A DNA stretch of 64,000 nt, from NCBI GenBank assembly GCA_002269645.1, contig NIVC01000225.1:288416-352415 (forward strand), written 5' to 3'. Shown in pieces: positions 1 to 15,645 of this stretch (positions within the stretch are counted from its first letter, which is position 1; each line of letters starts with the position of its first letter). A program made the translations under genes and the position numbers. The stretch comes from Macrostomum lignano (lineage: Eukaryota). A model generated the notes under the pieces. That model did not search any database. It was not told the origin of the DNA and was given only the letters and a program-made list of their open reading frames with translations.

Positions 1-51
1 TGGCAACCAGAGAAGTTTTATTCCATGAAATGTTGACCTCACCAATTGCAG

Positions 52-3000
52 GAAGTGACCTACCGCCTGGCCTTCTCCCCAGCCCTGGTTGAGGATACAA
101 TCGGCTCTGTAATCTTCTTTAATAGTGAGGCTGGTGAATTCTGGTACGAGCTCAACTTGCACGCCACTCCGCCTCCGCTCACCGTGCTGGAGCCGATGGA
201 GTGCGAGCTAGGCCAGCACGTCTGCCAGGAGATGACGCTTGAGAATCCCAGCTCCGCGCCAATCGTGCTCAGACCGCAACTGTCAAACGCCAACAATTTC
301 GGCCTGGAAATTACCGACAGCGAGGTCCACATCCCGCGCGGGCGGATCCGTCACGCTGAACCTGCGGTTCACGCCATCGGATTTGGGATTTGCCGATCAC
401 GCCTGTCGCATCACGTTTCACTCCGGTGAGTTCGCCGGTTTGTCTATCATGTTTCGAGAGACTTGTTTGAAGTTGATGCGACAATGAAGCTAAGTCTTCG
501 TTAAAAGAGCATTAAGCTCAAGAACAAAGCCGGGATTTATTTGGTGTCTATTTGGCACACTATACGGCCAACAATCATCTAGGCGGCCTCACGCAACACG
601 AATAACGTTATATATTTGACTTTTTATGTGGAAGGGTGGAGGAGGCTAACATCGCTAAAGTGGAGGAGGGGCTCAACATGAGTGGGCACGAAAGGGACAG
701 GGGAGGTGAAAAAGTACAGTACGAGCCAATACATTAGATCACAACACCACATTATTAAAGACTTACCTACCAAATTCTATTGCTTTAGCTAAGCGTTTCA
801 GATGACTATACTCGCACTATGCATTGAGACTTGATGCAGACTCGATTTTTTTACACACAAAAGTTATGCAATTTCCACAACTTTACTACCAATGCATACA
901 GACAAACTCAAAGAGTGGATCTTCGAAGTCAACGGCTCAGGCCTGATGCCGTCGGCCCAGAATCCAGTCGCCATCACGGCTCCAGCCGGCAGCAATTCCA
1001 CGCTGATTATTCCGTTCCACAATCCGCTGGACGTGCCCGTCATGTGCGACATCCTGCTGACAGACAGCGGCAAGTCAACCAACGACGGCATCAAAGAGCT
1101 CGAGAACTCCCCGTTCTGCCTGCTGTTGAAGCACTGCAAGAAAATCCGCCTGGAACCCAAGGCTCGATTGGACATTCCTGTCAGCTTCGCGCCCGAGAAC
1201 ATGCAACAGCACGAGGCCGTCTGCGTGGTGATCATGCGCCGACGCGACGGCAAAGGCTGGCATTATTGCCCGGACGAGCCGAAAGCACTGCCGCGATCCG
1301 ACAGCGGTGGCATCGCCGAAATTCGCTGGCGATTCCGCGTTGTCGGCGTGCCGGAGAACAAAGCGGACCGGCCGGAGGTGCCCGCGCCGCTGGTGTCGTG
1401 TCCGGCGCGCACCGTGGCCGAGGACCGGCTGGAGGTTTGGCTGGCCGGGGTGGCGCCGACCCCGGGGGCGCCGCAGGTGAGCTGACGACTGGAAGCTATA
1501 GAACTAATCGGATGCATACAACCTCCAAGTAGCCTAATTTTATCTTGAAGCAGATTTTTCACCCGGCAAGGTTATAAATTTGAATTTTAGCAACAAAAGT
1601 ATATGGAATTAGCGAAATTTTGTTGCAATGTTTACTACCGAACGGGCTACTAAAACAAGTTCGGGGCTTTTTCTGAGGAATATTGGAGACTGCATGGTCA
1701 GCAAAAATTATTGTGGTTGTGCTGTTTCAACTTTCTTCAATGAATTGATTAACAATTAAACTTCTGGGGATCCTCCTCCTCCCTTTCCTCCTCCTCTCCT
1801 CCTACCCCTCCCCTCCTCCTCCTCCTCTCCTCCTCCCCCTCCTCCTCCTCATCCTCCCCCTCCTCCTCCTCCTCCTCCCCTCCTCCTCCTCCTCCTCCCC
1901 CTCCTCTCCTCCTCCTCCCCTCCTCCTCCTCCTCCTCCCCTCCTCCTCCTCCTCCTCCTCCTCCTCCTCCCTCCTCCTACCCTCCTCCTCCTCCTCCTCC
2001 CTCCTCCTCTCCTCCTCCTCCCCTCCTCCTCCTCCTCCTCCTACCCTCCTCCTCCTCCTCCTCCCCTCCTCCTCCTCCTCCTACCCCTCCTCCTCCTCCT
2101 CCTCCCCCTCCTCCTTCTCCTCCTCCCCTCTCCTCCTCCTCTCTCCTCCTCCTCCTCCTCCTCCTCCTCCTCCTCCTCCTCCTCCTCCTCCTCCTCCCCT
2201 CCTCCTCCTCTCCTCCTCCTCCTCCCCTCCTCCTCCTCCTCCTCCCTCCTCCTCCTCCTCATCCTCCTCCTCCTCCTCCTCCTCCTCCTCCTCCTCCTCT
2301 TAGGATGACACAGATGTTGCATTACGAAGTAATCCTCGCTCAGTGTCTGCTAGGCTTATCTATTTATGATTGATATCAAACTGAGCTAAGCTAAGCTAAA
2401 ACTCTGTTTTTATTCGTCAAAGCGACGTCAAAAAAGAGGGCGAGATCTAAGGCACAGGGAGGAAAGAGGGGAGAGAGGGAAGAGTCCTCAAATCCAGTTT
2501 TTGCTTAGTTTATTCGTATTCGTACGGCCAATTGTCGCTTAATGCGATGAGTCCAACGTATTTTCGGACGGAGAATAAGCCTCTAGCCGATTCTAAGTGC
2601 ATGGTAATCTTCTACTGTATAGCTCGCACTAAATAGTAGTCCTATTCAACGCTTGCATACCCTTCCTTGCAGACGCTGATCCGCGCAAGGACTCGAACTC
2701 CGGCTGGCAACCAGCCAGCCCTCCCAGCTGGTGTCGAAGAAGCCGCCGACGTGCCTGAGCCGTTCACCTTTGGCCTGGTGTCTCTGGACGACAGTTTGGC
2801 GGGATTGTTGTCGCAGAGCGTGAAGCTTGAACTGCTCCGCCAGGTGCGCGACTCTCGCACCGGCATGGTGGTGCTCACCTTCGCGCTCCGGCTGCAGCCG
2901 TACAAAACCTTCCGAGTCAAGACGCACCTGGTAATCAAGTCTAACGCTGGCGGTTTTTGGCGCTATCCGCTCACGGTGGAGAGCACGGATCCCGAACCGG

Positions 3001-4985
3001 ATGACGTCATCACTATTAACGCGGCTGGATTGGACAGAGCTAGTAAAGTGATGTTCCGACTGACTAGCAAGGAACTGTGAGTTCTGGGTGACCAGTTATC
3101 CATATGAACAGATTCTGCGAATCTCAATTTTTAGTTAAGATGACAATCGATAGTCATGTCCATCGCTGGCTCCTGAGCTGAGCTAGCGGTCTCTATCGCA
3201 CAAGTTAAGATGACAATCGATAGTCATGTCCATCTCTGGCCCTGAGCTGAGCTAGCGGTCTCTATCGCACAAGTTAAGATGACAATCGATAGTCATGTCC
3301 ATCTCTGGCCCCTGAGCTGAGCTAGCGGTCTCTATCGCACAAGTTAAGATGACAATCGATAGTCATGTCCATCTCTGGCCCCTGAGCTGAGCTAGCGGTC
3401 TCTATCGCACAAGTTAAGATGACAATCGATAGTCATGTCCATCTCTGGCCCCTGAGCTGAGCTAGCGGTCTCTATCGCACAAGTTAAGATGGCTGCGCTT
3501 GGATTTGAACCACGGGAATAGAACCACATGTAAATTTTAGCGAAAAGTCAAGCTCTGCTAATCAAAATTGATTACACCTGCTCTAATTGGGCAGATGTGC
3601 AACCGACAGCTCAACCGCAGCTATTACGCGGCATCTGAAGGCTGCGAACGGCTATTTAGTCCAAGGATTTCAGGGGGAGGGGGTCGCCACTCAAGTACCC
3701 TCACGCTGTAACCGCTATTAGTTGAGTTATACAAACTCTGCTGCATCTCCTCTTCTCCTGAGCTCATTAGTTAAATGGGCTTGAATGACTATTACCTACG
3801 AAAATTTTGTTTCATTGAAGTTAATAATTATTGTCCTGCTTTTCCCCATGCAGTCACCCAGTGAAGTTCCGAGCCTACTTCGAGGAGAACCACGACTCTG
3901 GCGACTTCCACGTTGAGCCACAGTCGGGCGAGCTGCCGCCGCACGGCACGGACGGCCTGCCGTTCACCGTCACTTTCTTGCCGTCTTATTACGGCAAGCC
4001 GAAGCGAGTCCGTCTGGTGATTCGAGTGAGTTTTTGGCTGGTTGTTTTTCGCGGAATAATATCACACTGGCCTCTCAATTAGACTGAAATATCACGACGA
4101 CGAAAAGTCGTATGAACGACACTACGTTTGGAATTTTTATTTCATGTTAGCGACCCGAACTGTGTGTGAGTAATGTGAATGGGAATTTAAGTACTGGTTA
4201 TTAGGACAGTAACGTAAAGGCCTAAGAAACGCGCTAACTCAAGAGACAGTGGCGCCCGCCCAGAGAGAGGGACGCCCACCAAAAGACAGGGGCGCCCACC
4301 AAGAGACAGGGGCGCCAACCAAGAGACAGGAACGCCCACCAAAAGACAGGGACGCCCACCATGAGGCAGGGGTGCTCACAAAGACACCAAGTATTGAAGC
4401 CCCTTGGGGTTGCACAACCCCTCCTATGTACTTACAATGTAAAACTCCTGCGTACGCCACTGTAGTTTCTATACGGTAGGTGTGTGACGCATTTTGAACT
4501 TAAAATCACACATTAAAATTAAATTGTTACCAATGTGGGAATTTAGCACTGTACATATATGTCTAGCGAAAGACTTCACATACAAAGGAAGGTCGCTAAG
4601 CTGTTTCTTACACAGCAACTATTTCGTACTTGTAAATACGCTGCTTTCTCGGTGCAACCCCGGTTGAAGAGTTGCAAGTTGCAACCTACATGTACACCGA
4701 CATTCATCATGATGATTCTATTGCCAAACTAAAGCGCTCTATCAACAATTGCAGACTGACGACATGGAATGGACATACATCATCGTTGGCGAGATTCCGG
4801 AATACCAGCCGCCCCAGGGCCGCTCCCTGCCGCCGGTCAGCGGTCCCCACCCCAATCCGATCGTGCGCAGCGGCCGGGTGAAGAATTATATCCGTGAAAA
4901 TATGCGAATGGAGCACACTGGAGTGAGCTCGCCGATTAAGCTGGCTCCGCTGATGTGCAAGAAGGAGCAGGTGCCGCTGTTCTGA
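52..4985 (+). CDS. CFAP47: Cilia- and flagella-associated protein 47-like, C-terminal exons (5' part outside window)
   Basis: Exons 52-425, 902-1476, 2673-3076, 3854-4025, 4755-4985(stop). All junctions are GT/AG and phases match (1,0,2,0). Peptides GEFWYEL, KEWIFEVNGSG, GGFWRYPL, FRAYF and TDDMEWTYIIVGEIPEYQPP resemble the CFAP47 C-terminal Ig-like repeats as recalled. One +1 frameshift at ~340. Confidence 0.85.
1772..2300. repeat. Degenerate (CCT)n polypyrimidine microsatellite in CFAP47 intron
   Basis: ~530 bp of almost pure C/T in cct units; produces the spurious poly-R/E/G ORF 2041-2322. Confidence 0.97.
3133..3490. repeat. 70-bp tandem repeat, ~5 copies
   Basis: aagttaagatgacaatcgat... 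recurs at 3271, 3341, 3411 and 3481. Confidence 0.95.
3568..3703 (-). mobile_element. 5'-truncated copy of the tRNA-derived SINE family
   Basis: gcagatgtgcaaccgacagctcaaccgcagctatt matches the 3' body of the full copies at 14499 and 20673. Confidence 0.85.
4241..4380. repeat. 20-bp tandem repeat, ~7 copies
   Basis: Unit aagagacaggggcgcccacc with period 20. Confidence 0.9.
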
Positions 4986-6800
4986 GTCTCTGAAAAATTA
5001 ACTCTTGCGTGTGTATTTTTGCTGACTCTGTCTTTTTAAAGAACGCCGTGAACTTCTACTTTGTTCGAACGATTTATAACTAAAAACTACCAGTCTCAAC
5101 CGCAGAAATGCCATGGATATTTGCTTAAAATCTTCAAAGATTCTGAAGGTTTCACTGACTTGCAAGTGATCTAAGTGTGTATGTTTTATTCGACTAAGAT
5201 AACTATTGATCAATTCCTCGAATCTCGATGTTAAAATATCGAAAAATTTACCCATTATTCTATTTTTACGTTACACATATTTTTGAATGCGACATTTTGA
5301 TCTTCCGGGGGCCGAACTGTGATTGGTGTACATGTACATTGATGTGCCTTTGTCTAATTCTTACCTTTTCTTCCTATCCACAAGTTAGATTATACGTATT
5401 ACAAGCTCAATGATGTTCAAATCTTCCTCAATTCGAAACCAGCAGCTTGGGAGTTGCACCTTGTGCTACTAAACTAATAATATTCTTACCTGTAGTTAAC
5501 TACCCTTACCTTACTATTGTAGTTCCTATTTTTTGACAGTATATTTATTAATTTGTTAAGATTTACTTGAAGGAACAATTAATTTTTAATACAACGCGAT
5601 AGATGATAGTTTAAATTAGCCTCTCGATTGCAAACTTTTCCTTTTGTCAGAATTTATTCCTTTGATAAAATAATTTTTTATACATCAGTAATTGTGTCCA
5701 GTACAATCCTAAGAAGCACTGACGCCTGTCTAACCGGATCGCATATATATTTTTATTGTTTCTTTTAATTTTTAATAGTGAGGTTTGAATTTGTTTAGAA
5801 AATAAAGAATATTACACCGATATGCATCGAAAATATTCTAATATTAGAAAGCCTCCGTACGCGCTACGTTTTAAAACGGCTTTCTTGAAAAAGATGCAAA
5901 TTTATTGCGCGATAATTTCTTAAAACTTTCCTGAAGCTTTGGGGACGAATATAACCACAAAAGAGATTGATGTTCCTAGAAGACCTTGATAAGGCGGTTA
6001 AAATTAAAAAGCTATTGTAAAAATAAAAATTCATGTTACAACAGCACGTTGTGACGCAAACTCCCAAGCGATTAAACAGAGACAATTTCATCTAAACAAG
6101 AAGGGGTCATAGATGCCCATGCAGTAGAAATTATAGCAAAAACTGCGGCTATCATATTTATCATCATTCTAAGATATAATTAGTTGTCCTTGGAGCAGTA
6201 AAGCGCACCGACAACTCATTCTCTGAGACAGGAAATCTTGGATAAATCTTTGTGTTTTACTGGTAAAAACCTCACAGCAAAGGATAAAGTATTTTACCCA
6301 ATGACGCAAGAAGGCAGCAAATGTTTTCATTGTTAAGCTTTTTGTATTTTTTTGTATACCTTAAATAAAAGAAATAAAAACATGTACAGTCGATTACAAA
6401 AGTCTATAAGCCAGTAGGCAGAATCACAGATACTAAATACACTAGTTGTTTCACTTCTCAACCGCATTTAGCAAAACTTTATAAACCTTTCGGTAGTACA
6501 TGTATGAGCGAAAAAAGCAACAGTGAGTAGCAAGCGCAACTTGATGCCTAAAGTGAACAATCTAATGTATTCAGAATCTGTGAGGTAGCCTGTGGAAATG
6601 AATTTGAGCCAAAAATACAGTCGGTCAACATTCTTCTAAACATAAAAATCCACAAAATCCCAACTTTCAAAGCTGTTGTCCAAAAAACTGGATTTTAGTC
6701 GTGGTACACACAACCGAATTCCATCTCAGATCATATTGTAATTATCAATTTATTGATTTTCAGAGGAAAATGATTTTATAGTTAATCACATTCCCATTAT

Positions 6801-9774
<2,974 letters not shown>

Positions 9775-12573
9775 CTGAAATTGGCAATTTAAGCATTGCT
9801 TCCTCACAAGGTTTACAGCGGCCTCGACTTTCTAATCGTCCGTCGTGTACACTATTTGTGCGTTGGGGAATTGCACAATTCACGGGCACAATTGATTGCT
9901 TCTTGGAGAAAACAACCAGCTTATAGTCAAATGTGCCCAAAAATCGAAAATTAATTAGTCAAAAAAACGAAAGTGACAGTTAATTGACTGAAAATTGGGA
10001 AAGGCTTGGAGAGTGTACACTCTGGGTCTGAGTTTGTCTCTTTTTAACATAAACAAAATATGCCAGGTATGAGAATACAGTAAGAAAGAGCTATAAAACG
10101 GATTATACAAAAATAAAAGTAGAATATTTTTGGCGCACAGGATAGATAGGATAGAGTGGAAAATAAGATAGAGTGGATAGGTCTTTCCTAATGTACGCTT
10201 GTAGCAAAAGAATCGATTACTCATCAGTCTTTTCATGCCCAAGCGGAAAAATAAAGAAGGAAGTTCCTTTTATCACGGAACACACAACAATAACTATATT
10301 ACAACGTTACTTACTTACTTGACTTAGCTGTAGGGGGCTCCGTGCGTCCGGAAACAGCGAGGAGGCGTTGCCGCCTATTTCGCTAACCCCTGGATATTAC
10401 AACGTTAGTTACTTTTTAGGAAGCTTCAGAGCCATAGGAGGAAAAATAAATAGTGAAATAAAAGTCCAAACGGACTGGCTGACCGGCCTGCCATTTCAGC
10501 CTGAAAAGGCCACAGAAAATGTCTCCGTAAAGGCCATGGTAGAAGCATGTACCGCGTTGACGGGGAAGGAACTAAAAGTACTGTGAGGGTCAGCTCAGAT
10601 GTCAGGGACAGCCGAATCTAACGCTTCGCCATCGCTAGTTTAGTGCTTTTATTGGTGCTGAAATTTATCAGGGGCTGCATCCTAGGCAGCTATCTGGGAT
10701 TTCTGTCAATGTCCGACCAAGGGAAAACACGTAATGTTACATGGACGTCGTACGACATCTGTCAAAGGTCGGTGTTGGCGTCGGTGCGACGTCGGATTGT
10801 TGCAAGAGCCTCACTCCAAACTTTGCGTATGCGTACCGTGTAAAGGTTATCCTTCCATTCCAACTTGAAGGAGAGGAATTTTGGAATTAACAAAAATGAG
10901 GAAGCAGATCGCTCCACTCTCTCTCCCTTTCTTTCTCTTCTCTTCTTCGTGTTCGAGAAAAATAAGAATTTAACCATGCCGTAACATTGAAACAATTATA
11001 GGGGCGTGGCGAGTTTACGCCCCTATCAACTGCATGAGCCATCGATATGATATCAAACCATGCACAGAACTGATGTGAGAAGCACAAAAATGGCCTCGTT
11101 TGACGGCTGTATCAGAAACCTGAAAGTTCAACAACCTGAAGGAATATGAATTGCGTTAAGCTACAAGTAAATTTCACTCACCTGAGATTCGCAAGAATGA
11201 GATTTACGAAACCTAGGAACCGTCCAATGTAGTAGTAATTCATTAACCTATAAGTAGTGTGTCGTCTATGTCTAGCAGGCCTTTTATCTATATATGGCAT
11301 GTGCGATTAAGCTGTATAACGTATACACATGCCACTAAATCGAATTAGTGTCTTCCTTTTTTAGTTACGCCAAGCTTTATAGAAACTTGTATCATATTCA
11401 TAATACCACACATTAAAACTAACACTATATTTTAAAAAGTGTTCAAAGTTGAGATTATTTTATCTATGATTTTCCAAATATGTTTTAACGGTATGTTATT
11501 CGCAAATTTGAATATATACTTTTCAAAGAAACTATTTTCTAAATGCGACGTTTAGACTAGGGATATAATAGTAGCGCAACCTTGGGAATCACTCAGCCGT
11601 TTCTATTGGCAACACACACACATGTAAGTCGCTATGGGACGGAATAGTAGTCACGTGTTGAAGTGTTGTCAATAGAGACGGCCGGGTGAATCCCTAGTGC
11701 GCCCAAGCATGGATAGTAGGCAAAATGTATACACTCGTATAGACAAACGTATTGACTATTGAACACAATATTTAGTAAAGTTAAACGTATACACTTCAAC
11801 CTAAAGTTAGCAAGTGTACGAAAATTCAGTTTGTATTTTGAGAAGAGGAATGATGCTTGGTCTTTACTCTTTCACACACAAAAATTATGATTGAGTTAGC
11901 CTATTCGATTTTTTTCCTTTAGTTTCAACGAACCTTAAATTCTAATATGATTATGATTTAATGATTAAAAAAGAAAAACCTTACATTATATTGATTTTCT
12001 TATAGATCTAGAGTAGCTTGGTATAGACTAGGCTCATAGTCGATTTTTAGTGGCTTTCCAGGATTTCCAAGATTTTCAAAGTAGTAGGAAAGAGGGCCCA
12101 GACAGGCAGATTGGCCCCCTTATACATATGCAAGTCCAGCTATGGCAAAAGATGGGGTGGCCACCTCACTAACCACTGCCCCCCCTTAGATTGACATTGT
12201 CAATTTTAGAATATAGACCAAATTATAATTAAATTAGCAATAGTAATAGTAAATACTAAAATTATATTCATACTGTGTTGTTATAAACTATAACAAGTGG
12301 TTATAGATAGCAATTTTTTTAATCTACAATTTATTATCTATCTTACTATCATATATCTAGTATACTTAATATAATAGTCAATAATATATGCTATAAATAT
12401 TGTACAAGAATTAATGATTTTTATTTGTTTACAGAGGTCTAATGTACAAAATATAGTATTATATCAATATTCTTAGGGCTTGATATACAAAACATTATTT
12501 GTTTTATAATTCCAACTGAAATAATCTGCCTTCATGCTTTATTTGGTTGTAAGTGTGACAAGCATCAAAATAA

Positions 12574-14440
12574 ATGAACTTCAGAAAGCTTAGAAAAACA
12601 TCATTGGCCAAAACTACTCCAACAGTTCAATATTTGGTAAGAGTTTTTATATATGTTTAAAAGATTTTGAATGGCATTGATCATGAAAAATCTTTGTGCA
12701 ATATAAAAGTGATTGATTTTTTGCTTGCTTTGTAAAATATTTAAAGGTTCACTTTTTCAGGTTTTAATTTTAAAGGTGTTTAATTTTTTATACAAAATTC
12801 CCCTCACGGTCCTTGAAATCTTAGCAATTCTCTCCACAAGCTTTGAAGTCTTAGAAATTTTCTTATAAGCTTTGAAATATTAGCAATTCCCCAATGAACC
12901 TTAAGCCAAAGCATTTCAGAAATTTAGAGTACATTTATCCAAGCTTGTGATATGCTGTTATACAATTGTATATTTTTCCACTAATCATAACTAGGTGCAA
13001 CCAGGGGACACTCTGTGCAGCCTCGCTGTCCGATTCAACACCAGCACTGGCTGCCTGCGCTCACTGAACTACCGTGTCGGCTCCGAGCTGCCTCTGCTGC
13101 CTGGCACGGTGCTGAATGTGCCAGCTCCAGCTGCGGAGCCGCTTCCAGCGCAGGTTTGTTGATTAGATTGTGGATTAGCTTCAGCCTAACCTATCACTAA
13201 CTATGGTTTCTACAAGGACTAATCAAATTCAACAGCACAATTGAGAGTCCCAATCGATGTTTAGCCAGGCTATTAAAGTGGGTAAAAATGCAAACTTTTA
13301 AAAGATTTTCGGTTTCTATTGTATTAAGTGATGTCTCGAAGCTTTTCTATTAAGAAGGTGTTCAATATTCTTTGGCAAGTAAAGGTCCACTGAAAACGGC
13401 ACAATATCGCACTGCTAGACATCAATTGAGCTGTAAGAGTCGCACAGCTGATTTACAAAGCGACGAAAAAACTTCAAGTCGTGTGATCACGCGTTTCCGG
13501 TATCTTCCGGTATCAGCAGCAAAAATACTTAAAGAGGACCTTTCAAAGTGAAATTTATCCATCGTCTTTATCTGTCAATCTTCAGAATGGGTCACCCAAC
13601 GGACTGCAGCGTGAAAATAGCCAGCCAGATCATCCAAATGTCCAAAGCGATGAGCAGAACACTTCGCAACAGGCTGCTGAACTTTTTAATCTGCCATTAG
13701 CAGAGCTTCAGTGTCCTCGGCTGCGCCACTCACCCGAGTCACTCACAGAGCAGTACTGGTCGATAATCTCCCAGCCAGACTCCCTGGACGATGACTGGAC
13801 ATTTCTCGATCCAGACGCTGAGCAGCGAATACAACCAGGTCGATCCAGTCTCCCACTTCCTCGCCTTTTGGTGCCGAAATACGCGCCTTCCGAAGATCCA
13901 ACGCCCGAAGCTTGCTTGCCAGACGAGCTTCTCCTGACGTCCAGTCGTCTGCGCAGTCTTGTAGAAGTGCTCCCGCCGCGGGCCGAAGGTCTCGACCTCT
14001 GCCTCCTGTTCAGCACCAGACGACACGGTCACTCATTGCGCTCTCTTTACGAGCTGTCGCACTCAGTCCAGCTGGATCCCGCAACCTGCTGCCTGTTGTT
14101 GGCATCAGTTGCCAATAGCGACACTCTGCTGGGCGCATTTCTGCCTTGCCCGCTGCGTCTACCGTCGAACGGTTGCTATGGTACCGGGGAGACTATGCTG
14201 TTGCGTTGGTTTGACAATGATTTCAAAGTCTATCAGGCCACTAACACTGATGGTTTGTTTTTGCGCAGCTCGCGTCACAGCCTGTCGGTTGGCGCAGGAG
14301 CGCTGACGCTGAGAGCAGATCTGCTGTCGGGCTGCTCGGAGTCAAGCGAAACGTTCAACTCGCCTGCACTGATTGACGGCTCAGAGTTCGCGTTGGGCAG
14401 CGTGCAGCTGTGGGCATTTCAAGTTTTTGACAAAGACTAA
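12574..14440 (+). CDS. OXR1/NCOA7-like LysM + TLDc protein (~358 aa)
   Basis: Exons 12574-12636 (MNFRK...TVQYL), 12995-13153 (VQPGDTLCSLAVRFNTS...LLPGTVLNVP, LysM) and 13586-14440 (open frame ending in TLDc: LLFSTRRHGHSLRSLY, LGAF, CYGTGETML, SETFNSPAL, VQLWAF). All junctions are phase 0 GT/AG. Confidence 0.85.
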
Positions 14441-14498
14441 TTGCAAATCTGTGTTGTTAGATGTACATGTATCAAACCTATTTGACCAAGTTTTTTAC

Positions 14499-14812
14499 GT
14501 TGTAGCCTAGTGGTCAAAGCGTCGGACTCACGACTTTATGGTCGGGGGTTCGATTCCCGATCCACTCGGAACAATTTGTGTCCTTGAGCAAGACACTGTA
14601 ACTCTGCATTGCTTCAATTCACCCAGCTGTAAAATGGGTGCCAGCATTAGCTGGGGTAATTGAGGGTGTGTGTGTGGCGACCCCCCCCCCCAGTCCTTGG
14701 ACTGAACAGCCGTATGCAGCCTTCAGATGCGCCGCGCAATAGCTGCGGCTGAGCTGTCGGTTGCACATCTGCCCATTGTGGCAGGTCTAATCAATTATTA
14801 ATAATATTATTT
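14499..14812 (+). mobile_element. tRNA-derived SINE, full-length
   Basis: A-box tagcctagtgg, B-box ggttcgattcc, central gtgtccttgagcaagacac...cacccagctgtaaaatggg, (ATT/AAT)n tail. Confidence 0.9.
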
Positions 14813-14905
14813 GTGCGTACTTTCCGGTTAAGTCCAAGGAAGCCTAAAGGAAGGACTAAATTCCTATATATACATTATTTTCCGAATCGGTGTTGTCAGC
14901 AATCC

Positions 14906-15645
14906 TTTTGGCGCTGCAGGCACTCATTTTGTCGCCAGAGGCACTCACTTTGTCGCCACAGGCACTCATTTTGTCGCCACAGGCACTCATTTTGGCGCCA
15001 CAGGCACTCATTTTGTCGCCACAGGCACTCATTTTGGCGCCGCAGGCACTCATTTTGTCGCCACATGCACTCATTTTGTCGCCACAGGCACTCATTTTGG
15101 CGCCGCAGGCACTCATTTTGGCGCCACAGGCACTCATTTTGTCGCCACAGGCACTCATTTTGTCGCCACATGCACTCATTTTGTCGCCACAGGCACTCAT
15201 TTTGTCGCCACAGGCACTCATTTTGTCGCCACAGGCACTCATTTTGGCGCCGCAGGCACTCATTTTGTCGCCACATGCACTCATTTTGTCGCCACAGGCA
15301 CTCATTTTGGCGCCGCAGGCACTCATTTTGTCGCCACATGCACTCATTTTGTCGCCACAGGCACTCATTTTGTCGCCACAGGCACTCATTTTGTCGCCAC
15401 AGGCACTCATTTTGGCGCCACAGGCACTCATTTTGTCTCCACAGGCACTCATTTTGGCGCCGCAGGCACTCATTTTGTCGCCACAGGCACTCATTTTGTC
15501 GCCACAGGCACTCATTTTGGCGCCGCAGGCCCTCATTTTGTCGCCACAGGCACTCATTTTGGCGCCACAGGCACTCATTTTGGCGCCACAGGCACTCATT
15601 TTGGCGCCACAGGCACTCATTTTGTCGCCACAGGCACCATTTTTG
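14906..15645. repeat. 21-bp minisatellite, ~35 copies
   Basis: Unit caggcactcattttgtcgcca with variant tttggcgcc; explains four repetitive ORFs. Confidence 0.98.

Noticed and set aside
831-1532. 233-aa ORF overlapping the CFAP47 exon
   Set aside because: Alternative frame of a GC-rich exon; the 892 frame carries the conserved peptide and matching splice phases.
6090-6600. Possible further minus-strand exons extending the lectin-like gene (adhesion-GPCR idea)
   Set aside because: Requires weak donors, and no GPS or 7TM pattern could be assembled.
10305-10360. (TTAC)n run resembling a LINE/SINE 3' tail
   Set aside because: No second copy or coding relic in the window to support an element.
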